Source: Ginglymostoma cirratum (Eukaryota). From it: a stretch of DNA of 64,000 nucleotides. Below are positions 1 to 10,846 of this stretch, in pieces. The stretch's first letter is position 1, and every line of letters begins with the position of its first letter. The notes beneath the pieces were generated by a model. That model had not been told where the DNA came from. It did no database searches and saw nothing but the letters and a program-made list of their open reading frames with translations. Position numbers and translations under genes: made by a program. The stretch covers positions 38,052,717-38,116,716 of the forward strand of contig JAHRHZ010000139.1 in the NCBI GenBank assembly GCA_024137785.1, in the 5' to 3' direction.

Positions 1-194
1 ATTTCACATCCACTAGAGTCAACACAGGCTGAGACGCTCAAGACTTGGAGAAAGAACTAACTCTTTAAGATGCCATTTGAAAATTTATGGGAAATTCAGA
101 CCTCTAAGTAGGGCTAAGCCAACGAATACCTGGCGTGTCATTTATCAAGAAAATGAAAGTAATAAAAAAAGGCGAGAGAAACGCTTGCATGAAA

Positions 195-222
195 TTTTCA
201 CTGTTGTCGCTTTGTTTTGCAG
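195..222 (+). promoter_or_regulatory. 3' splice acceptor of the last SLC35G1 exon
   Basis: Pyrimidine tract ttttcactgttgtcgctttgttttgcAG immediately before the homologous coding sequence. Confidence 0.85.
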
Positions 223-988
223 AATAGACTTGCTGGGACCAAAGGGCCTGAGAGTTTTGCTGTGCACACGTGGGATTCTAGGTGCTGTAGCAATGATGTT
301 GCTCTTCTATGCAATTCAGCAGATGCCTTTGGCTGATGCCACCGTCATCATGTTCAGTAACCCGGTCTTTGTCAGTGTTTTTGCGTGGATTTTTCTGAAG
401 GAGCGCTGCACTTTTTGGGATCCAGTCTTCACTGTGTTCACTTTAACCGGGGTGGTCCTTATTGCCCGGCCCCCGTTCCTTTTCGGCTCCCGGGTTTCGG
501 GATCGGAAAGTGACTACAAGAACCGCATGAAGGGGACCGCTGCCGCTTTCGGGAGCGCGGTCTGTGCCGCCCTGACCTTGACAGTCATCCGCAAAATGGG
601 CAAATCTGTCAGCTATCTGCTCTCGATCTGGTACTACTCTGTGATCGGATTAATTCTGTCCGTGATCATGGTGTCAGCCCTTCAGGAATGGAGCCTGCCC
701 TTCTGTGGGACGGATCGGGTGCTCTTGCTCTTGATCGGTATCTGCGGACTAGGAGGGCAGATCTTCCTCACAAAAGCCTTGCAGATTGAGAAGGCTGCGT
801 CGGTGGCCCTGATGAAGACCACAGAAGTGATGCTAGCCTTCGTATTTCAGTATTTATTCCTCAATTACACTCCGAGCTGGTGGAGTTTAGGAGGAGCACT
901 TTGTGTGACACTTGGCACCTCTGGTGTGGCTTTCCAAAAATGGTACAACACCACACACACCAGGAAGATCACAAACAGCGCAAATTAA
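223..988 (+). CDS. SLC35G1: Terminal coding exon of solute carrier family 35 member G1 (EamA/DMT transporter, TMEM20/POST); upstream exons lie outside the window
   Basis: Translation (LGPKG..RGILGAVAMMLLFYA..MPLADATVIMFSNPVF..ARPPFLFGS..IRKMGKSV..GLGGQIFLTKALQIEKA..WWSLGGALCV) closely matches vertebrate SLC35G1 as I recall it. Similarity starts just after the acceptor tttgttttgcAG (221-222, phase 2). Stop TAA at 986-988. Confidence 0.95.
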
Positions 989-1384
989 CTGTGGCCTAAT
1001 CTGTGTTGATGTGGAGTAGAGGATCTGCTCAGGCGCATCACCTGAAAACGTAAATGTAGTCCGTGCTAGATTGTTAAACGAATTACTCAGAAAAAGGACA
1101 AGGCTGCCTGGTGAATTCCTTTCTGAATACTCTGTTATAGTCGTATCCTTAACGTAAGATTTCCTCAGGATGACTATGTAATGAAAACAAATTTTGGGTC
1201 TTTCCAAATATTTTTTAAAAATCCATTTTTTTGTAATATTTTATACATATAACTTATGAGCAATTGTGACAAGAATGTCTCTGCAATAATGGTAGCAATT
1301 TTTCCCCCCCCACACTATTTCATAACTTAGGACAATTGTTGTCCATACCCTTTGAGTTCATTTAAGCTGCCTTTGACCTTTTTT

Positions 1385-1800
1385 GTGGGCATTGCTCGTG
1401 GCTCAATAGTGGCTCTACTGCCACTTTGGAGCCTCAGATGGAGCACCAGTCTAAAGACGTGCTTATATATCCTCAGCTAGCCTTTTACAGTACAGCACAG
1501 TGTGCTGCATGTTTGAGGTCCCCTGTTATCACCTGAGAGGATAAAATGAGGCCGTGCCTACCCTCCAATATGGCTGTAAAAGATCTCTCAGCACTACTGA
1601 CAAGATAGCAGGCAAGTTGTCCTGATGTCACAGTAAACATTTAGCTGTAAAAGTGCCAGATTATCCAGTTGCTTTATTTCAGTGTCGCTTGTGAGAACTG
1701 ACTGCAATTTGACTGATGCCAAAGACTTACATCCAACGATACACTTTTGAATTGAACATTCTTTGGGGTGTCTGAAAGACATTCTATAAAGTTGTTATTT
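1385..1800 (+). mobile_element. Old DeuSINE-like (SacSINE1/AmnSINE1-type) SINE in the presumptive SLC35G1 3' UTR
   Basis: Degenerate tRNA-like head (gtggctcaatagtgg), Deu-domain-like tgagaggataaaatgaggccgtgcctaccctcc...tgtaaaagatctc, and an L2-type tail. Confidence 0.55.
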
Positions 1801-1908
1801 CTCTTAGTATTGTAATGTGGCTCTTGAACAATAGATGTATGATGTTCCGTAATGAGTATAGCATTATTTAACTTTCAAAACATTTGATAGAAGTGATCCT
1901 TAAAAACG

Positions 1909-1914
1909 AATAAA
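1909..1914 (+). terminator. Candidate proximal polyadenylation signal of SLC35G1
   Basis: AATAAA about 920 nt after the stop codon. Confidence 0.35.
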
Positions 1915-3047
1915 ACTTCAGAGCTGGGTGAAAAATCATTACAGCTGTAAAGTAACCAAATTGACTTGGCTCTCTCAGTACAGCCATTCTGCACATGTGC
2001 AACTGTTATCCATCAACATATATAAATGTGTTGATTGATAAAGTTGCTAACCTTTTGCAACACATTCCAAACAGTAAACTGCTGGACACAGTTAAGTTCT
2101 GATTTTCTGTACGTGGAACACCAAATATCATTGCACTGTCTGCTATACTCTTGAGAAATAAGTAGTTAGATCACTGGGATGCATGGAAAAGCACTGTTGA
2201 ATTTGCAAAAAGTATTTTGCTACTTTTGGCCAGTCCCTGCAACACTCTCTTTAGTAGCAAATACCAAAATGCATGCTTGAAGGGTCAAATTTTAATGTTA
2301 AATTATATTTATAATTTAACCTGCGACTTAGTATTTATTTATTTTTTTTATGTTAATCAGCCTCATTTTGTAGAACATGAAGCAGGGCCGTTTGTTTTGT
2401 GTGAATTGTAACAATATAAGGGCAAAAATCCTTAGAAATATTGTGCAATTATTTTGCTTTCTTCCCCCCACTCCCACAATTTAAAGCCAGGAGATATTTG
2501 GAACTGACATCGCTGTTCTGATGTTTAACGTGTTATACCAAAGTCCCTTCTCCACTACTTGTCAATGAACATGTTAACCCTTCAAAATAAACAGTTAATT
2601 CTTCGATTTTAAAATGGTGGTAAGAAGAATTTGATGTGAGTTTGCCTTATTGTTGCATAATATTGCTTCCAGTAATTTCCAGGTTTTGCCCCAGTCTCCT
2701 GTAAGCTTATTAATTTATGGACAAAACTAGATAAGCAGGCTCATTTAAGAGAGAGAGAGAGATGCATGATAAATTTGACGAGCAAAGATCTAGGATTTGT
2801 GTGTTAAGATTTATAGATGTACTGTCAAATGTACAGCTGTACAAAATAGCTGACACAGTATAAGGGCTGAATATGAATGATTAGTGTACAGGTGGATTTT
2901 GTTTGTGTCTTTTGACTTGAATTGCTTAAAGTGTCACAAATCAAAACTTTGATTTTCCACACCGTTTTCTTTTAGAAACACAAATTGTGAATCTCAAGAA
3001 TTTTCTTCAAGTCAGTTTTGCAGCTCACCAAACCACTCCCTTTTTAA

Positions 3048-3172
3048 AAACCAAAATAACTACGAATGCTGTAAATCGGGACAAACAGAAATTGCTGAAA
3101 AAGCTCAGCAGGTCTGGCAGCATCTGTGATGAAAAAAGAGTTAACGTTTCGGGTCTGGTGACTCTTCCTTGT
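3048..3172 (-). mobile_element. Mini Penelope-like element (family B 3' end) with a degenerate hammerhead motif
   Basis: Perfect 14-bp TSD cactccctttttaa (3034-3047 and 3173-3186). Minus strand starts aaggaagagtcaccagacccgaaacgttaa. Confidence 0.75.
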
Positions 3173-3249
3173 CACTCCCTTTTTAATTCTTAGATCTTTC
3201 TATATTGTTCATCATTCCGTTCCCTGTCTCTTTTATACCACTACTCTCT

Positions 3250-3640
3250 TTCATTGCAGTTGACTGACCACTTTTTTTTAATATTTGTTTCTGTTGCTTC
3301 GGTTTCCTGTTCGTCTGGGTACCTTTTCCACTCCTCTATCAAACTACTATTGCAAAGCTGTTTCTGGCTTCAAACATTGTACTCTCCACCAATCCTCAGC
3401 CCTTGTGCACATCTAGTTCTTACCACTTCTTCACTTTGTCGTCAGCTTTCTAGCCCTAAACTGTGGAATTCTCCTCATTAACATCTTTCTCTCTTGAAAT
3501 TAGTGTTAAGTCAAACCTAAAAATTGAGAAAGAGGTAGGTTTTTGGATCGCCTGCCCTAGTATCTCCCTGTGATTGGGTATCAGATGAAGACCCTTGAGA
3601 CCTCTGTTAAACGTACTATTTAAGTGCAAGTTTTTTTAAA
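3250..3640 (+). mobile_element. Decayed L2-like LINE 3' end
   Basis: cagctttctagccctaaactgtggaattctctc... and a tail ending ctattttaagtgcaagtt-like; resembles 31700-32080. Confidence 0.5.
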
Positions 3641-4157
3641 CCATCTAATTAATTTTCAATAAAGCCATTACATTGTATGCCAGAGTAAGGTAAGGGTTTA
3701 CGAAAAATGCACAGTGCAATGGGTGCTGGGGTAATCCTGGAAAAATGATGCACTGATGCTTACTATGCTGTATACCAACATATCCCATTTATTGCTGTCA
3801 TAAAGTTAATTAAATGTGTGAGATAGGTATATGTCTCTTATTTTGATACTTTCTTTAATTGAGACAACATAAAGCCTTTCCAGTTTGAGCGATAGCACTG
3901 ATAAAAGCTATACCCAAGGATGTGGATGTCATTTTGGTGGTTGGAGCATTGTCTGTGGATAAATGGACAAAGTTCCCATTATGATAAACATTAACTATAA
4001 TTATTGGGCAATAGCTTTAACAAAGAATACATAAACTAAAATTCACTCCCCTCTCCGTCAGAATTTTAACAGCTGTTGTGATTTGGTCTGCATGTAAATC
4101 CACTGCTGAATTCTGGGAATCATAACATGTCTTCCACAGTTAATATTCAGTCACCTA

Positions 4158-4253
4158 CAAAAATAGAAATTGTTAGAAAAGCTCAGCAGGTCTGGCAGCA
4201 TCTGCAGAAGGAAGCTGGAGTTAATGTTTCGGGTTGAGTGACCCTTCCTCGGG
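4158..4253 (-). mobile_element. Mini Penelope-like element (family B)
   Basis: 12-bp TSD ttcagt(c/t)accta (4146-4157 and 4254-4265). Minus strand starts ccgaggaagggtcactcaacccgaaacatt, a hammerhead remnant. Confidence 0.72.
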
Positions 4254-4327
4254 TTCAGTTACCTATGTTGAAGAAAGACTTTATAGAGGCATTTTGTATT
4301 TAGAAATGAATTGTTCTCACAGTATTA

Positions 4328-4540
4328 GAGATAAAAGATACTGCAGATGCTGGAGAATCCGAGATAACAAGGTGTGGGGCTGGATGAACACAGCAGGCCA
4401 AGCAGCGTCATAGGAGCAGGAAAGCTTGACGTTTCGGTCCACATTTCTGATGGAAGGGTCTAGGCCCGAAACGTCAAGCTTTCCTGCTCCTAGGATGCTG
4501 CTTGGCCTGCTGTGTTCATCCAGCTCCACACCTTGTTCTC
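4328..4540. mobile_element. Fold-back (palindromic) mini PLE, family A
   Basis: 4366-4437 is a near-perfect reverse complement of 4466-4537 (72-bp arms). Arms match the 3' end of the PLE at 59201. TSD ttgttctcaca(g/a)tatt (4311-4326 and 4533-4548). Confidence 0.88.
4444..4478 (+). ncRNA. Hammerhead ribozyme motif with a 1-nt insertion in the core (CUGAUG-g-A)
   Basis: tttCTGATGGAagggtctaggcccGAAACGTCaag. Confidence 0.6.
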
Positions 4541-5149
4541 ACAATATTGTTGCTTGGCCTATGATTTTAAGCTCTTGCCACTACCACTGCTGCTTCATGT
4601 GTTGTTATAAGATGTGAGCCCTTTTTGTTGTTTCCTGTCTTCCCCCTTGAAGTTTTTTCTCTTTCATGAGTTCATTCCTACAAACTTGCTGTCTTTTGCT
4701 ACACAACATTGTTGCATTTTCTAGTCTCTCCTCAGTGGTAAATAGCTTTATTACAATGTTGCTATAAACCTGTCCTTGCTATAAATCTCTCCTTGCTGGC
4801 TTGCTTTCTGTTTTAAGTGCCCGTTCCCAAAAAAAATTTAATTTGAGGATTTGGTGACTCTCATCCTTTTTCAGTAAAATTATTGAACTTCTGATTTTAT
4901 TTGAACATTTTCCTCAGTGAATGATGAACAAGCTGAAGTCTTGATGGCAGTAGTGGCAGGAGCCTGGTGGTCCCACTTTTACAATCAGCTGGACTTTTCA
5001 CTTCAGTCAATGGAGAGGAAATTCAGGCTGGGTTTTTATTGGGTGAGCGGCCTGTGTTGATTTGATTTGACCATGCTAACCCTGTGGTACTGGTCACATG
5101 GCCAGCACAGACCAACCAGAGGCAGAAAGAAATGATACAACCACATGTT

Positions 5150-5370
5150 CAAAGAATCTTACAGTTAGAATGTGGAACATCTTACAAAGAGTGTTTTGAG
5201 GTGAGTAGTGTAGAAGTATTTAAAGAAAAGCTAATAACCACAAGAGGGAGAAAAATGGAAGGTTACACTAAGAGGGAAGGCTCATGCACTCTCCATGAAA
5301 GCCAGAATAGACCGGTTGGGCTGAATGGCCTCTTCCTGTGCTGTAAATTCAGTGTACTATCTGCAGTCAA
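5150..5370 (+). mobile_element. CR1 3' end fragment
   Basis: gaatgtggaac...tttaaagaaaagcta...ttgggctgaatggcctcttcctgtgctgtaaatt, a typical CR1 tail. Confidence 0.6.
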
Positions 5371-5856
5371 ATAGACAACCTTACAAAACTTCCTTCATGT
5401 TATCTTGAGCACGAATAAATGACGGTTTGAGTGGAAAGATAGAGAAAGGTGTGTCCTATTGGAATAGGATGCTGAGTCAGGGTCCATGAAGATGTGGAGC
5501 CCAAGACCAGGATTGAGAAAGTGAACCGAACAGGCCATATTGTGGTTCCATGATGTGCTGTGGTATGATTGGCCTGTGCTGATCATCTGACCGACTGCGA
5601 TGGTAATCGTGCAAATGATGGAAAGCTCTTTATCATCAAATATTCAGTACAAGTTTACAATCTTACACCAAACTTTTAATAATGTTCTTAGTCATGACAT
5701 TTTAGTTATTTTTAAAACTTTAAAAAAATATATTTTCAAATGATGTTTTGGGGAAAAGGTAATATTTTTCTTAATATACTTTGTCAAAAGATTCTATATT
5801 TGAATTAAACGTTTCAATGAGAGATTTGTTTCTAATTACTGGACATAAATGCCTGT

Positions 5857-5887
5857 AATAAAATGTTTGTTTGTATATCTCAATAAA
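5857..5887 (+). terminator. Tandem AATAAA signals; candidate distal poly(A) site of SLC35G1
   Basis: AATAAA at 5857-5862 and 5882-5887, ending an AU-rich stretch with UGUA motifs. Confidence 0.5.
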
Positions 5888-5987
5888 TATGAAACACTTA
5901 AACACAAACCACTGATTTCCATATTATCTTATCACATGGTTGGACAGTTGCTGCTGATATTCTGTGATCTAACATTCCCTTCCTATT

Positions 5988-8365
5988 ATAACAAGGGGTA
6001 GAGCTGGATGAACACAGCAAGCCGAGCAGGAAAGCTTGACATTTCGGGCCTAGACCCTTCTTCAGAAATGGGGGAGGGGAAGAGGGTCCTGAATAAATAG
6101 GGAGAGGCGGATAGAAGATGGATAAAGGAGAAGATAAGTGGAGAGGAGACAGACCGGTCAAAGAGGTGGGAATGGAGCCAGTAAACGTGAGTGTAGGTGG
6201 GGAAGTAGGGAGGGGATAGGTCAGTCCAGGGAGGACAGACAGGTCAAAGGGGCAGGATGAGGTTAATAGGTAGGAGATGGGGGTGGGACTTGAGGTGGGA
6301 GGAGGGGATAGGTGGGAGGAAGGACAGGTTAGGGAGGCGGGGACGAGCAGGGCTGGTTTTGGGATGCAGTTGGGGGAGGGGAGATTTTGAAGCTTGTGAA
6401 GTCCACATTGATACCATTGGGCTGCAGCGTTCCCAAGCGGAATATGAAATGCTATTCCTGCAACCTTCGGGTAGCATCGTTGTGGCATTGTAGGAGGCCC
6501 AGGATGGACATGTCGTCTGCGGAATGGGAGGGGGAGTTGAAATGGTTTGCAACTGGGAGGTGCAGTTGTTTAGTGCGAACCGAGCGCAGGTGTTCTGCAA
6601 AGCAGTCCCCAAGCCTCTGCTTGGTTTCCTTGATGTAGATGAGGCCACAATGGGAACAGCGGATGCAGTATACCACATTAGCAGATGGGGCCTGGGATTG
6701 GGGTGTGGGGGCAGGTGTAGCACTTCCTGTGGTTGCAGGGAAAATTTCCAGGTGTGGTGGGGCTGGAGGGGAGTGTGGAGTGGACAAGGGAGTCACGGAG
6801 AGTGTGGTCCCTCCGGAAGGCAGATAAGGTTGGGGAGGGAAAATTGTCTTTGGTGGTGGGGTCGGATTGCAGATGGCAGAAGTGTCAGAGAATGATGCAT
6901 TGAATCTGGAGGTTGGTGGGGTGGTACGTGAGGACGAGGGGGATTCTGTTTTGGTTTTTATTGCGGGGAGGGGGTTTGAGGGATGAGTTGCGGGAAATGC
7001 GGGAGACACGGTTGAGGGCGTTCTTGACCACTGAGGTGGGGGGCGGGGGTGGGGGTCGGAAGTTGTGGTTCTTGAAAAACGAGGACATCTGAGATGTACG
7101 GGAGTGGAATGCCTCATCCTGGGAGCAGATGTGGCGGAGGCGAAGGAATTGGGAATAGGGGATGGCATTTTTTGCAGGAAGGTGGGTGGGAGTCGGTGTA
7201 TTCTAGGTAGCTGTGGGAGTCGGTGGGCTTGAAATGGATATCGGTTTCTAGGTGGTTACCCGAGATGGAGACAGAGAGGTCCAGAAAGGAGAGAGCGAGG
7301 CATTGGAGACGGTCCAGATGAACTTTAGGTTGGGGTGGAAGGTGTTGGTGAAGTGGATGAACTGTTGGAGCTCCTCACGGGAGCACGAGGCGGCGCTGAT
7401 ACAGTCATCAATGTAACGGAGAAAGAGGTGGGGTTTAGGGCCAGAGTAGGTACAGAAGAGGGATTGCTCTACGTAACCTACAAAGAGGCAGGCATAGCTT
7501 GGGCCCATGCGGGTACCCATGGCCACCCCTTTTGTCTGTAGGAAGTGGGAGGAATTGAAAGAGAAGTTGTTGAGGGTGAGGATGGGTTCGGCTAAGCGGA
7601 TGAGGGTGTCAGAGGAGGGGGAGTGGTCGGGCCTGCGGGACAGGAAGAAGCAGAGGGTCTTTAGGCCATCAGCATGGGGAATACAGGTGTACAGGGACTG
7701 GACGTCCATAGTAAAAATGAGGTGTTGGGGACCGGGGAATTGGAAGTTCTGGAGGAGGTGGAGGGTGTGGGCGGTGTCACAGATGTAGATGGGGAGTTTT
7801 TCTGGACCAAGGGGGAGAAAATGGAGTCGAGATAGGTGGAGATAAGTTCGGTGGGGCAGGAGCAGGCGGAGACAATGGGTCGACCAGGGCGGTCAGGTTT
7901 GTGGATTTTGGGAAGGAGTTAGAAGTGGGCGGTGCGGGGTTGGGGAACGATGAGGTTGGAGGCTGTGGGTGGGAGGTCACCTGAGATGATGAGGTTGTGG
8001 ATGGTTTGGGAGATGATGTTTTTGTGGTCGGGTGTGGGGTCATGATCAAGGGGGTGGTAGGTGAAGGTGTCGGAGTGTTGGCGTCTGGCCTCAGCAATGT
8101 AGAGGTCAGTGCGCCAGACTACAACTGCGCCTCCCTTGTCTGCGGGTTTTATGGTGAGGTTGGGATTGGAGCGGAGGGAGCGGAAGCCTGCACGTTCTAT
8201 GGGGGAGAAGTTGGAGTAGGTGAGAGGGGTGGAGAGGTTGAGGCGACTGATGTCACGACGGCAGTTGGAGGTGAAGAGGTCGAGGGAGAGTAGGAGGCCT
8301 TGGGGTTGTGTCCAGGAGGAGGGGGTGCGTTGGAGGTGGGAGAAGGGGTCAGTAGAGGGAGGGTT
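5988..8365 (-). mobile_element. Penelope-like retroelement (Neptune-type RT + GIY-YIG endonuclease), 5'-truncated and frameshifted
   Basis: RT motifs [28 protein letters not shown] and LRYIDDC (7248-7709). Endonuclease NVVYCIRCSHCGLIYIKETKQRLGD..EHL. Pyrimidine-rich 3' UTR and terminal hammerhead. Confidence 0.93.
6035..6068 (-). ncRNA. Minimal hammerhead ribozyme motif (CUGAAGA core, one stem III substitution)
   Basis: Minus strand tttCTGAAGAagggtctaggcccGAAATGTCaag. Confidence 0.6.
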
Positions 8366-8461
8366 AGGCTCACAGTTAAAGAAGTAAGCGTGGAGGCGGA
8401 GGCCTCTTTCCTCTGAGTCACTTCGTCTGTTTTACATTTGCAACTTTTAAAAATGCAACTT

Positions 8462-8515
8462 CTTTTTTTTTCTCTCTTCTCTCTTCTCTCTTCTCTCTTC
8501 TCTCTTCTTCTCTCT
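8462..8515 (+). repeat. (TTCTCTC)n pyrimidine microsatellite
   Basis: Direct reading. Confidence 0.9.
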
Positions 8516-8614
8516 GTAGCCAGTAAGCGGCTGAGCAGAAATGAAGTTGCACTCCCTCAAATGATTTCTGCCCTCTGTCTTTTTCCTCTCTTCAGAACTG
8601 CACTTAATAAGGAA

Positions 8615-8740
8615 ACGTAAGGGTGTAGGGAAAAGGCAGGAAATTGAAGAGGAGGATTACCAGATCAGCCATGATCTCATTAAACAGCGGAACAGACTCT
8701 GGGCTGAATGGTCTACATCAGCTCCTCCATATTTTATCTT
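8615..8740 (+). mobile_element. CR1 3' tail fragment
   Basis: agggaaaaggcaggaaattg...gatcagccatgatctcatt...gggctgaatggtctac. Confidence 0.6.
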
Positions 8741-10332
8741 CGGAGCCTATCCCAACTTGTCACACATTTACACAAATAAGCCTCTGGCCTTTTGAAAGCA
8801 CACTCGATAGATTGTGTGGATTCATAGCTTCCAGTATAATAGCGGATACATTGCTCTTTGAAACACTGCAATCCTTTCAGAACGCACTTACTAGTGCCTT
8901 CAGGCTGCAGAGTAGGTGATGGATAACCTTTCCTGGTAGTTTCCCACTTTGACAGAGACTGTGTTTAAACTGACCCACAGGAGAGGCTGAGGGGGGCTCA
9001 GACTCCACACATGGAGAATTAACTACATCCCCTGCACCTCCTGCGAGCCATACCATAGAGCACAAAGCAGTACAGGCCTCTGCTCACCTTTTATTAAAAG
9101 ACGGGCTTGTGGATTTAATGGGGTGGACCTGACATCATTATCCCCTACAATGTCTGAAGTTGGTAATCTCAGCTGGGTTTGCCAAACCCATGGGAAAAGG
9201 CAGGCGTTTCGGATTAGCCCCATGTTGCAATGTTGCAATGTTGGAATTTCAATTATTGGCATTGGCATTCCCACTCCCACTTCGTTTTGATGTAAGTTCC
9301 AGAGAGTAGTCTCTCCCTCGTACAGTCCATGCCTGTACCTAATCATGGCATTTTGTCAATTCCCCTTTGTGGCAGAGTCTATGGTATTGGTTACAGGCAG
9401 ATGGGGCTCCTGTCGTATGGGCAGGTTAGAGCACCGTTTCCATTTGTTAAATGGAATGATCAGTGAAGCATACTACAACATCCCTCGAGGTGGCAGTATT
9501 GGCCAGGCCAACTCCAATTAGAGAAGTTTACTGGCGTTAACGTGGAGAGTGAGTCAAAGATTGCTTGCCATTTGCCCACATTGCAGCTGTGACTGCACTT
9601 TTAAAAGCACCTAATTAACTGTAAAGTGCTTTGAGATGCCCTAAGAAAGTTTTATAAAGTACCTGTACAACGCAGTATATTTGAAAAAAAGCAAGAAACG
9701 TGAATAAAATTGATCTAGATGGACAGGGTTGTGACAGCTTTGGAGTTCGCTGTCCCTTTTTTCTCTGTCTCTTGTCTAGTCCCACTCCACCACAGTCAAA
9801 ATGTAAACTCATTAATTATGTGGTTCCTGGTGTGGCCAATCATATGCTTCCTTTATAATAAATGTTTAAATAATTGATTTATTGTAAACAAAACTTATTA
9901 AATGGTGCACAACTGATTTGTACTGTGAAAATATCAATGTTTAAATAAGTCTCACACAAATACACACACTGTAGGGGGGAGTTCTTGATTTCTATTTACA
10001 GAGATTCGCCATTGTGTGGTGGGCTCTTTGGCATGATCTTGGTAGCTACAAGCTATGCCACCCCTCACCCCCCACCTCCCCCCCCCCCACCCCCAGAAGG
10101 TGCAGATGGTGTGTTGGGGGGGACTGTTCAGTCCACACTTCATTGGCAAATCGCAGACACTGATCCTGGCAGAAGTGAGGGTACAGTTTCGCTCGAACAC
10201 CCCTGAGGAGGTTACAGACTTTAATGAAGAACCTTTGATCCCTCCTTCCCGTGTGCATGTATTTCCCCTTCCTGCTGCAGCCTGTGATCTTCAAATGCTA
10301 TTGAATTCCTGCGGGAGGTCCAGCGCCACTGC

Positions 10333-10846
10333 ATTAGAATCCCTACATTGTGGAAGGAGGTCATTCGGCCCATCTAGTCCACACCAAGCTTCTGAAAGGC
10401 ATCCCACCCAAACGCACAACCCTACCCCTGTTGTAATCCTGCATTTCCCATGGCTAATTCACCTAGACTGCACACCTTTGGACTGCGGTGGGAGGGGGTA
10501 GGAAATCAGAGCACCTGGAGGAAAGCCAAGCAGACGCGGAGAGAATGTGCAAACTCCATGCATACAGTGGCCCGAGGCTGGAATCAATCCTGGGTCCCTG
10601 GTGCTGTGAGGCAGCAGTGCTAACCACTGAGCCGTTGAGAGATAGTAAGAACTGCCGGTGCTGGAGTCTGAGATAACACAGTGTGGATCTGGAGGAACAC
10701 AGCGGGCCAGGCAGCGTCAGAGGAGCAGGCAAGTCGACGTTTTGACTCGGGACCAAAACGTCAGCTTTCCTGCTCCTCTGATGGTGCCTGGACTGCTGTG
10801 TTCCTCCTGCTCTACACTATGTATATCCCTAAGCCATTGTGCTGCC
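10333..10846 (-). mobile_element. tRNA-derived V-SINE (HE1-like), its 5' end interrupted by a PLE hairpin
   Basis: Minus strand ggctcagtggttagcactgctgcctcacagcaccagggacccagg...ggagtttgcacattctc with a CR1-type tail. The first bases of the head resume at about 10832-10846. Confidence 0.8.
10639..10828. mobile_element. Fold-back mini PLE (older family A variant)
   Basis: Inverted arms around the apex gacgttttgactcgggaccaaaacgtc. Diverged TSD ctgagccgttg / ctaagccattg. Confidence 0.8.

Noticed and set aside
77-222. N-terminal part of the 303-aa ORF (MKIYGKF...)
   Set aside because: Starts at TTG, has no SLC35G1 similarity and lies upstream of a clear splice acceptor; it is intron read-through.
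4328-4540. MITE or pre-miRNA interpretation of the hairpins
   Set aside because: The arms derive from a retroelement 3' end, are asymmetric, have variable apices and long variable TSDs, unlike cut-and-paste MITEs. There is no evidence for miRNA processing.
4317-4617. Recurrent peptides such as LDEHSRPSSI.GAGKLDVSG and PETSSFPAP.MLLGLLCSSS (also at 17.1k, 41.0k, 59.2k)
   Set aside because: Chance translations of the PLE terminal repeat, not a gene family.
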